From the NCBI RefSeq assembly GCF_009914755.1, contig NC_060934.1: a stretch of DNA of 64,000 bases; one strand, given 5' to 3'. Under the pieces are notes generated by a model. That model saw only the letters and a list, made by a program, of their open reading frames with translations. It ran no database searches and was not told the origin of the DNA. How positions within the stretch are numbered: the first letter of the stretch is position 1; the number at the start of each line of letters is the position of its first letter. Source of the DNA: the human T2T-CHM13v2.0 reference genome, Homo sapiens. Made by a program: the position numbers and the translations under genes. Below, in pieces: positions 17,081 to 28,848 of this stretch.

Positions 17081-20000
17081 ATTCACCATGTTGGCAACAC
17101 TCTTTTTGTAGAATCTGCAAAGGGACATTTGGGAACACATTGAGTCCAATAGGGAAAAATTGAATACCCCATAAAAAAGTAGAAAAAAGCTATATGTGAA
17201 TCTGCTTGGTGATGTGTAAATTCAACTCACAGAGGTAAACATTTCTTTTGTGTCAACAGGTTGGAAACACTCTTTTTGGAGAACCTGTGAAAAAATGTGA
17301 AAGCCCATTGAGGGCAATGGGGAAAAACTTAATATCTCCAAATAAAAATGAGAAAGAAACTATTTGTGCATCTGCTTTATGATATGTTGATTCATCTCAC
17401 ATAGGTAAACCTTTCTCTTCATTCAGCAGGTTGGAAACAATCTGATTGGAGAATCTGCAAAGGGACACATGGCAGCCCATTGAGGTCCACAGAGAAAAGC
17501 CAAATATCCCTATATAAAAACTAGAAAGAATCTATCTGTGAAAGTGCTTTGTGATGTGTGAACTCATCTTACAGAGTTTAAAATTTCTTTTGATTCAGCG
17601 AGATGGAAACACTCTTTTTGTAGAATAAGAAAAAGGACACTTTGGAGTCCCTTAAGGAGTATGGGGAAAATGGAATATTCCCATATAAAAACCAGAAACA
17701 TCTTTCCATGAAACTGCTTTGTGATGTTTTGATTCATCTCACAGAGTTAAACCTTCCTGTTGATTCAGCAGATTGGAAACACACTTTTTGGAGACTCTGC
17801 AAAGGGAAATTTTAGAGCCAATTGACGCCTAAGAAAGTTACCTGTGAAGGTGTTTTGTGAATGCTGGATACATATTAGAGAGTTAAACCCTTGTCTTGAT
17901 TCAACAGGTTGGAAAAAACTCTGTTTGTAGAAGCTGCAAAGGGAAATTTGGGTGCTCAAATAGGCCTATGGGGAAATACTGAATATCACTAGGTAAAAAT
18001 CACAAAGAAGCTATCTGTGAAACTGCTTTGTGATATGGGGATTTATCTCACAGAATTAAACCTTTCTTTTAGTCAGCATTGGAAACACTGTTTTTGGAGA
18101 ATCTGCAAAGGGACACTTGTGAAACCTTTGAGGCCTATGGGGAATAACTGAATATCCCTAGATTAAAACTGGAAAGAAGTAATCTCTGAAGCAGCTTTGT
18201 GATGTGTGGATTCAGCTCACAGAGTTAAAACTTTCTTCTGATTCAGCGGGTTGTGAACACTCTTTCTGGAGATTCTGCAAAAAAAACATTTGGGAGCCCA
18301 CTGAGGCATATGGGGAAAGACCAAATATTCCCAGATAGAAACTAGAATGAAGCTATCTGTGGAACTGATTTGTGATATGTGGATTCATCTCACAGTGTGA
18401 AACTTTTCTTCTTGTTCAACAGGTTGTAAACAATCTTTTTGTAGACTCTGTGAAGGGACATTTGGGAGCCCATTGAGACCTACGAGAGAAAAAAAAATCC
18501 ACAGATAATGGGAAGAAAGAAGCTACCTCTAAAACTGCTTTGTGGTGTTTGGATTCAGCTCTCAGAGTTAAACTTTTCCTTTGAATCAGCAGGTTGGAAG
18601 CACTCTTTTTGGAGAATCTGCGAAGGGACATTTGAGAACCCATTGAGGCCTATGGAGAAAAACTGAACATCCCGAAATAAAAACTACAAAGAAGTTATCT
18701 GTGAAACTGCTTTGTGACTTGTAGATTCATCTCACGAAGTTAAACTTTTCTTTAGATACAGTAGTTTGGAAACACTCTTTTGGTAGAAACTGCAAACAGA
18801 TATTTGGGAGCACATTGAGGCCTATGGGGAAAAATGGAATATCCCCAGATAAAAATTAGGAAGAAGCTATCTGTGAAACTCCTTTGTGATGTGTCGATTC
18901 ATCTCACAGACTTAAAACTTTCTTTTCATTCAGCAGGATGGAAACACTCTTTTTGTAGAATCTGCGAAGGAACATTTGGGATCCCATTGAGTTTATGGAG
19001 AAAAACAGAGTATCCCAAGATAAAAACTATAAAGGAGATATCTGTAAAACTGCTTTGTGTTGTTGGACTCACCTGACAGTATTAAACCTTTCATTTGATT
19101 TAGTAGGTTTGAAGTGCTCTTTTTGGAGATACTGTGAAGGGACATTCGGGAGCCCATTGAGGTTTATGGGAAAAAAACAGAATATCCCCAGAAAAAAACT
19201 AGAAAGCAGGTTTCTGTGAAACTGCTTTGTGATGTGTGGATTCATCTCACTGAGTTAAACCTTCCTGTTAATTCAGCAGATTGGAAACACACTTTTTGGA
19301 GACTCTGTGAAGGGACATTTTAGAGCCCACTGAGGCCTAAGAAAGAAAACTGAATATCCCTAGGTATAAACTAGAAAGAAGCTATCTGTGAAACTACCTT
19401 TTGAAGTGTGGATTCATCTCATAGAATTAAACCATTCTTTAGATTCAGCAGGTTGGAAACACCCTTTTTGGAGACTCTAAAAAGGGACATTTGTGAGCCT
19501 GTGGAGGCTTATTCAGAGAAACCGAATATTCAAAGGTAAAAACTAGAAAGAAGCTTTCTGTGAAACTGCTTTTTGATGTGTGCATTCATTTCACAGAGTT
19601 AGAACTTTTTTTGATTCAGCAGTTTGGAAGCACTCTTACTGTAGAATATGTGAAGGGAGATTTGAGAGCTCATTGAGGCCTATGGGGAAAAACTGAGTAT
19701 GGCCAGATAAAAACTAGAAATAAGCTATTTGTGAAACTGCTTTGTGATGTGTGGATTCATCTCACAGAGGTTGGAAATTCTCTTTTTGTAGAACCTGTGA
19801 AGGGACATTTCATAGGCCATCAAGGCCTATGGGGAAAAACAGAATATCCCCAAATAAAAACTAGGAAGAAGCTATTTGTGAAACTGCCTTGTGACTTGTA
19901 GATTCCTCTAACATAGGTAAACTTTTTTTTTGATTCAGCGGATTGGAAACATTCTTTCTGGAGTATCTGCATAGGGACATTTGGGAGCTCATTGATGCCT

Positions 20001-23000
20001 AAGGGAAAAAACGAATATCCCCATACAAAAACTAGAAAAAACTATCTGTGAAACTGCCTTGTGATGTGTGGATTCATCTCAAAGAGTTAAATTTTTTTTT
20101 GATCAAGCAGGTTGGATACACTGTTTTTGTAGAATCTGCAAAGAGACATTTGGGAGCCTAATGAGGCTTACCTAAAAACCAAATATTGCCAGATAAAAAC
20201 TAGAAAAAAACTATCTGTTAAACTGCTTTGTGTTGTGTGCATTCATCTCACAGAGATGAACCTTTCTTTTGACCCAGCAGGTTGGAAACACTGTTTTTGG
20301 ATAAACTGAGAAGGTGCATTTGGGAGCCCATTGAGACCTATGGAGAAAAACTGAATATCTCCTCATAAAAACTAGAAAGAAGCTATCTGTGAAACTGCTT
20401 TGTGATTTGTAAATCCATCTCAGAGTTAAACCTTTCTTTTGTTTCAGCAGATTGGAAGCACTGTTTTTACAGAATTTATGAAGTGATATTTGGGATAACA
20501 TTGAGGCCTATGGGGAAAAGCCAAATATCCCAAGATAAAAACAAGAAAGAAGCTATGTGTGAAATGGCTTTGTGACATGTGGATTCATCACACAGAATTA
20601 AAACATTCTTTTGATTGAGCAGGTTGGAAATGCTCTAACTGGAGAATCTGCAGAAGAACATTTGGAAGCCCATTGAGGCCTAAGGGGAAAAATCAAATAT
20701 CCCCAGAAAAAAAAACTAGAAAAAATCTATCTGAGAAACTGTTTCGTGATGTGTGCATTCATCTCACAGAGTTAAACATGTTTTTTGATTCAGCAGGTTG
20801 AAAATACGATTTTTTGTAGAATCTGTGAAGGAAAATTTGGGAACCCATCAAGGCCTTTTGGGAAAGACTGAATATCCTCAAATAAACACTAGAAAGAAGT
20901 TATCTGTGAAACACCTTTGTCATGTATGGATTCATCTCACAGGGTCAAATCTTCTTTTTAACTGAGCAGCTTGGAAACATTCTTTTAGGAAATCAGTAAA
21001 GGGACATTTGGGAGCCCATTGATGCCTATGGGGCAAAACTGATTCTGCCCAGATGAAATCCAGAAATAAGCTATCTGTGAAAGAAATTTGTGGTGGGTGG
21101 ATTCATCTTTTAAATTTTTCTTTTAATCTAGCAGGTTGGAAACAATCTTTTTGTAGAATCTGTGAAGGGACATTTGGGAGCCCATTGAGGTATATGGGGA
21201 AAAATCCAATATCCTAATATAGAAACTGGAAAGAAGATATCTGTGAAACTGCTTTGTGATGTGTGAATTCATCTCACAAAGTTAATCCTGCCTGTTGATT
21301 AAGTAGGTGGACAACACCCTTTTTGGAATATCTGGGAAGGGACAATTTTTAGAACATTTGCATGTATGGGGAAAAAGAGAATAAATAAGATAAAAACTAA
21401 AAAGATGCTATCTTTGAAATTGCTTTGTGATGTGCAGATTCATCTAACGGAGTTCAGTCTTTCTTTTGATTCAGCATGTGGGAAACACTCTTTTGTAGAA
21501 TCTCCCAAGGGTCATTTGGGAGTTTATAGAGGCCTATGGGGAGAAACTGAATATCTCGAGATAAAAACTAGAAACAAGCTATCTGTGAAATTGCTTTTTG
21601 ATGTGTGGATTCATCTCACAGAGTTAAACATTTTATTTGATCCAGCAGGTTGGAAACACTTTTGTTGAATCTGTGAAGTGACCTTTTGGAGCCCTTGAGG
21701 CCTACAGGGAAAAACAGATTATCACCAGATAAAAGCTAGAAAGAAGCTATCTGTGAATCAGCTTTGTGAAGTTTGGACACTTATCACAGAGTTAAACATT
21801 TCTTTTGATTCAGCTGGTTGGAAACACTCTTTGTGGAGATTCTGGGAAGGGACATTTGGGAGTCCATTGAGGCCTATGGGGATAAACAGAATATCCACAG
21901 AGAAAACTAGAAAGAAGTTATCCGTGAAATGCTTTGTGATATGTGGATTCATCTCACAGAGGTAAATTTTTCATTTGATTTAGCTTATTGGAAACACTCC
22001 TTTTGGAGGCTTTGCAAAGGGACATTTCTGAGCCATTGAGGCCTATGGGGAAAAATTGAATATCCTTGTATAAAAACTAGAAAGAAGCTATCTGTGAAAC
22101 TGCTTTGTGATGTGTGGATTCATCTCACAGGGGTAAAACTTTCGTTTGACTCAGCAGATTGGAAGCACTCCTTTTGGAAACTCTGCAAAAGAACATTTGT
22201 GAGCCCATTGAAGCCTATGGGGAAAAATTGAATATCCACAGATTAAAAACTAGAAAGAAGCTATCTGGGAAACTGCTTTGCGTTGTGTGGATTCGTCCAA
22301 AAGAGTTAAGCCTTTCTTTTGATTCAGCAAGTTGGAAAAACTCTTTTTGGAGGAACTGGGAAGGGACATTTCAGAGCCCATTGTTACCTATCGGGGAAAT
22401 GCCAATATCACCAGATTAAACTTAGAAAGAAGCTATCTGTGAAACTGCTTTGTGGTATGTGGGTGCATCCCACAGAGTTAAGCCTCTCTTTTGATTCAGC
22501 AAGTTAGAAAAACTCTTTGTGGAGAATCTGGGCAGGGACATTTGGGAGTCAATTGAGGCCTATGGGGAAAAACTAAATATCTACAGAGAAAAACTAGAAA
22601 GAAGTTATCTGTGAAACAGCTTTGTGATGTGTGGATTCATCTCACAGAGGTAAATCTTATTTTGATTCAGCATGTTGGAAACACTCCTTTTGGAGACTCT
22701 GCAAAGAGACATTTTTGAGCCCCTTGAGGCCTATGGGGAAAAATTGAGTATCCTTGTATAAAAACTAGAAAGAAGCTATATGTGAAACTGCTTTGTGATG
22801 TGTGGGTTCATCTCACAGACGTAACACTTTCGTTTGACTCAGCATACTGGAAGCACTGTTTTTGGAGACTCTGCAAAGGGACATTTTTTGAGCCCATTGA
22901 AGCCTATGGGGAAAAATTGAATATCCCCATATAAAAAATAGAGAGAAGGTATCTGTGAAACTGCTTTGTGATTTGAAATTCATCTCAAAGAGTTAAACAT

Positions 23001-25785
23001 TTGTTTTGATTCAGCAAGTTGGAAACATTCTTTTTGTGGTATCGGTGAAGGGACAATTTGGAGCCCAATGAGGCCTATGGGGAAAAACCAAATATCCTCA
23101 GATGAAAACCAGAAAGAAATTATCTGTGAAACTGCTTTCAGTTGTGTGGATTCATCCAACAAAGTTAAACTTTTATTTTGATCTAGCAGGTTGGAAACAC
23201 TCTTTTCATGGAATATGCAAAGGGACATTTGTGAGCTCATTGATGCCTATTGGGAAAATGACAATATCCCCAGATAAAAACTAGAAAGAAAGTATCTGTG
23301 AAACTGCTTTGTGATACATGAGGGCATCTCACAGAGTTAAGCATTTCTTTTGATTCAGCAAGTTGGAAAAACTCTTTCTGGAGAATCTGCAAAGGGACAT
23401 TTTGGAGCCCATTAAAGCCTATGGGGAAAAAAAGGAATATCCCCAGATAAAAACTGGAAACAAGGAACCTGTGAAACTGCTTTGTGATGGGTGGATTCAT
23501 TTCACCATGTTGAACCTTTCTCCTGATGCAGCATGTTGGAAACACTCTTATTGGAGAATATGCAAAGAGACATTTGGGAGCTCTTTCAGGCCTATTCAGA
23601 AAAACAGAATAACCCCAGATAAGAACGAGAAAGAAGCTATTTGTAAAACTGCTTTGTGATTTGTGGATTCATCTCACAGAGTTAAAACTTTTTTTGATTC
23701 ATTGGATTTTAAACACTCTTTCTGTAGAACCTGTGAAGGGACATTTTGGAGCCTATTGAGGCCTATGGGGAAAAAAACAAATATCCACAGATAAAAACTA
23801 AAAATAAGCTATCTGTGAAACTACATTGTGATGTGTGGATTCATCTCAGAGAGTTAACTCTTTATTGTTATCCAGAAGAGTTGAAACACTCTTTTTGTAG
23901 AATCTGCAAAGGGACACTTTTAGGTCCCTTAAGTCCTATGAAGGAAAGAGAAAATCCACAGATAAAAACTGAAAAGAAGCTATCTGGTAAACTGCTTTGT
24001 GATGTGTGGATTCATCTAACAGAGTTAAACCTTTCATTTGATTCAGCTGGTTGGAAACACTCTAATTGCAGCATCTGTAAAATGACATCTGGGAGCCGAA
24101 TGTGACCTATGGGGAAAACCCGAGTTTCCTCATAAAAACTAGAAAGAAGAAATCTATGAAACTTCTTTGTGATGTGTGGATTCATCTGAGAGAGACAAAC
24201 CTCTCTTTTGATTCAGGAGGTTGGAAACACTGTTTTTGGAGGGACATTTGGGAGCCAATTGGAGAGAAACAGAATATCCCTACATAAAAATTAGAAAGTG
24301 TCAATCTGTAAAGCTGCTTTGTGCCATGCAGATTCATCTCATGGAATTAAAACTTTCTTTTGATTCAGCAGGTTAGAAATACTCTTTTTGTAGAATTTGT
24401 GAATGGACATTTGGGAGCCCATTTAGGTATGCAAATGAAAACTGAATATCTACAGATAAAAACTAGAAAGAAGCTCTCTGAGAAACTGCTTTGTGATGTG
24501 TGGACTCATCTCACAGAATTAAACCTTTCTTTTGACTCAGCAGGACGGAAACACTCTTTTTAGAGAATCTGAGAAGGGACACTTGGGAGCCCATTGTGGC
24601 CTATGGGTAAAAATAAATAATCCAAAATAAAAACTAGAAAGAAGCTATCTGTGCAACTGCTTTTCATTGTTTGGGTGCATCTCACAGAGTTAAACATGTC
24701 TTTTGATACAGAAGGTTGGAAACACTCTTTTTGAAGAATCTGAGAATGGACATTTTGGAACCCTTTGAGTCCTATGGGGAAGAACTAACTATCTCCAGAT
24801 AAAAACTGGAAAGAAGCTGTCTGTGAAACTGCTCTGTGGTGTGTGGAGTGTTCAAACTTTCTTCTGATTCAGCAGGTTGAAAAAAATCTTTTAGGAGAAT
24901 CTGTGTAGGGACAGTTGGGAACATATTGGGGTTTATGGGGTAATACTGAATATCCAGAGATAAAAACTATAAGTAAGGTATCTGTGAAACTATTTTTTTG
25001 TGTGTATGGATTCACTTCACAGAGTTAAAGCTTTGTTTTGATTCAGCGGTTTGCAAACACTGTTTTTGCAGAATCTGCAAATGGACATTTGGGAGTCTAT
25101 ATAGGCCTAATGAGAAAAACTGAATATGCCCAGGAAAAAACGAGAAAGAAGCTATTTGTGAAACAGCTTTGTGATATGTGGATTCATCTCACAGAGTTAA
25201 ACCTTTCTTTTGATTCAGCAGGCTGGAAACACTCGTTTCGGAAAATCTGAGAAGTGATATTTCAGAGCCCAATGAGACCTCTGGGGCAAAAAGATTATCC
25301 GCAGATAAAATCTAGAAAGACGCTATCTGTGAAAGTGCTTTGTGATGTGTCAGTTCATCTCACAAAATTAAAACATTCTTTTGTTTCAGCAGATTGGAAA
25401 CATTCTTTTTGGAGAATCTACAAAAGAACATTTGGGATCTAATTGAGGCGTACGGGGAAAACTCGAATATTTCCAGAGAAAAACTAGAATGTGGCAATCT
25501 GTGAAACTGCTTTCTGATGTGTGGATTCATCTCACAGAGCTAATCCTTTCTTTTCATTCAGAATGTTTGAAACACTCTTTTTGTAGAGTCTGTAAAGTGA
25601 CATTTGGGAGCCCTTTGAGGTCTATGGAGAAAAACCGAATGTCTCCAGAAAAAAAACTAGAGAAAAGCTATCTGTGAAACTGCTTTGTGATGTGTAGATT
25701 CATCTCACAGAGATAAACCTTTCTTTTGATCCAAAACGTTAGAAACTATTTGGAAAGTCTGTAAAAGGACATTTGGGAGCCCATT

Positions 25786-27451
25786 TAAGAATGCACACAT
25801 CACAAAGCAGTTTCTCAGAAAGCTTCTTTCTTGTTTTTATCTGATGATATTTTCTTTTTCACCAGAGGCTTCAATGTGCTCCCAAACGTCCTTTCACGGA
25901 TTCTACAAAAACCCTGTTTAAACACTGCTGAAAAAAAGAAAGGATTAACTCTGAGAGATAAATGCACACAAAAAGAAGTGGGTTCTCAGATAGCTTCCTT
26001 TTAGTATTTTATTTTTTTTTTTTGGTGGGGGAGATATTCGCTTTTTCACCACTGGCCACAATGAGCTCTGAAATATCCATTCACAGAACGTACATAAGCA
26101 GTGTTTCCAAACTGCTGAATCATAAGAAAGGATTAAATCTGTGAGAAGAATGCACACACCATGAAGCTGTTTCTCAGATATCTCCCTGTTTTGATCTTGG
26201 GATATTGGCTTTTTCATCATTAGCCTCAATGAGCTATGAATGTCCATTTGCAGAATGTGCAAAGGCAGTGTTTCCAAACTGCTGAATCAACAGAGACTTT
26301 TAAATCTGTGAGATGAATGCATACATCACAAAGCAGCCTCTCAGATAGCTTCCTTCTAGTTTTTCTCTTCAGATATTTGCTTTGTCATTGTTGCCCTCAA
26401 TGAGCTATCAAATGTCCATTTGTAGAATGTCAAAGAACAGTGTTTCCAAAATACTGAGTTGAAAGAAAGGTTTAACTCTCTGAGGTGAATGCACACATCA
26501 CAGAGCAGTTTCTCAGAAAGCTTCTTTCCAGTTTTTATCTGAATACATTTTCTTTTTCACCGTAGCCCTCAATACACTCCCAAATGTCCTTTTGCAAATT
26601 CTACAAAAACAGAGTTTTGAAACTTCTGAATCAAAAGAAAGGTTTATTCTGTGAGAAGAAGGCATATATCACAAAGTGGTTTTTCAGATAGCTTCCTTCT
26701 AGTTTTTATCTTGGGATATTCACTTTTTCACCTTTGGCCTCAATGAGGTACAAAATGGCAATTCAGAGATTGTACAAAAATATTGTTTCTAAACTGCTGA
26801 ATCAAAAGAAAGTTTTACCTCTGTGAGGTGAATGCACACAAAACAAACTAGTTTCTCAGAAAGCCCCTTTATAGTTTACATTTGAAGGTATTTTCTTTTT
26901 TACCATAGGCCCAAATGCACTCCCAAATGTCCTTTCACAGATTACGCAAAAACAGTGTTTCCAAACTGCTGAAGCAAAAGAAAGTTTTAACTCTGTGAGA
27001 AGAATGCAAACAGCACAAAGCAGTTTCTGAGATAGCTTTCTTCTAGTTTTTATATTGGGATATTCATATTTTCACCATTGGCCTCGATGAACTCCTAAAT
27101 GTCCATTCAAAGAATGGACAAAAACAGTGTTTCCAAACTGCTGAATCAACTTAAAGGTTTAAACCTGTGAGAGGAATGCACACAGAACAAGGCAGTTTCT
27201 CAGAAAGCTTCTTTCTAGTGTTTATCTTGGGATATTCACTTTTTAACTATTCGTCACAGTGAGCTCCGAAATATCCATTTGCAGAATGTACAGAATCAGT
27301 TTTTCCCAACTGCTGAATGAACAGAAATGTTTAACTCTGTGAGATGAATGCACACAGCACAAAGCAGTTTCTCAGATAGCTTCCTTCTAGGTTTTATTCT
27401 TGGATATTCACTTTTTTGCCTTTGGCCTCAATGAGTTCCCAATTGTCCATT
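25786..27451 (-). repeat. Alpha satellite block in inverted orientation (~10 monomers, distinct intermediate type)
   Basis: Sequence switches after ...GGGAGCCCATT(25785) to reverse-complement monomers (GAATGCACACATCACAAAGCAGTTTCTCAGAAAGCTTCTTTC...). It returns to forward orientation after ...AATTGTCCATT(27451). Confidence 0.96.
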
Positions 27452-28788
27452 AGCTTTGTGCATTAAAGGCAATGGAGAAATAGTGAATATCCCAGGATAA
27501 AAACTAGAAGGAAGCTATATGAGAAACTGCTTTGTGATATGCGCATTCATCTCACAGAGTTAAACCTTTCTTTTCATTCTCCAGTATTGAAACACTCCTT
27601 TTGCAGAATCTGCAAAGAGATATTTCAGAGAGCATTGAGGCCTATGGTGAAGTATGAAACATCGTCAGATAAAAACTAGAAAGAGGCTTTCTGAGAAACT
27701 GCTTTGTGATGTGTGCATTCATCTCACAGAGTTAAAACTTTCTTTAGATACAGCAGTTTGGAAACACTGTTTTTGACCATTCTGCGAAGAGACATTTGGG
27801 AGCTCATTGAGGCCAATGGCAAAAAAGGGAATATACCAGGATAAAAATTAGAAGGAAGCTATCTGAGAAAACTCTTTGTGAGGTGTGCATTCATCACACA
27901 GAGTTAAACCTTTCTTTTCATTCAGCAGTTTGGAAACATTGTTTTTGTAGGATCTGCAAAGGGATAATTCAGAGAGCATTGAGGCCTATATTGAAAAAGG
28001 AATCATCTTCAGATAAAAACTAGAAAGAAGCTTTCTGAGAAACGACTTTGGGCTCTGTGCCTTCATCTCACAGAGTTAAAACTTTCTTTGGATTCAGCAG
28101 TTTGGAAACACTGTTTTTATAGAATATGCAAAGGGATATTTCGGAATGAATTGAGGCCTATGGTGAAAAAGGAAACACCTTCAGCTAAAAACTAGAATCT
28201 TTCTGAGAAACTGCTTTGTGATGTGTGCATTCGTCTCACAGACTTAAGCCTTTCTTTGGATTCAGCAGTTTGGAAACACTGCTTTTGTCCATTCTGCGAA
28301 TGGACATTTCCCAGCTCATTGAGGCTAATGGCGAAAAAGTGAGTATCTCAGGATAAAAACTAGAAGGAAGCTATCTGAGAAACTGCTTTGTGATGTGTGC
28401 ATTCATCTCATGGAATCAGAGCTTTCTTTCTTTTCATTCACCTGTTTGGAAACAGTGTTTTTGTAGGTTCTGCAACGGGATATTCTGGAGAGCATTGAGA
28501 CCTAAGGTGAAAAAGGAAACATCTTCAGATAAAAATTAGAAGGAAGCTTTCTGAGAAACTGCTTTTTCATATGTGCATTTATCTCACAGAGTTCAACTTT
28601 TCTTTGGATTCCACAGTTTGGAAGCACTGTTTTTGTCCATTCTGTGAATGGACATTTTGGAGCTCACTGAAGCCAATGGCAAAAAAGCAAATATCCCAGT
28701 CTAAAAACTAGAATGACGCTATAAGAGAAACCACTTTGTGAGGTGTGCATTCATCTCACAGAGTTAAACTTTTCTGTTCATTCGGCAG

Positions 28789-28848
28789 TTTGGGAGCTCG
28801 GTTTTTGTAGAATCTGCATTTGGGAACTCAGTTTTTGTAGAATCTGCA
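28789..28848 (+). repeat. 30 bp tandem duplication within a monomer
   Basis: TTTGGGAGCTCGGTTTTTGTAGAATCTGCA followed by TTTGGGAACTCAGTTTTTGTAGAATCTGCA (2 mismatches). Confidence 0.92.
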
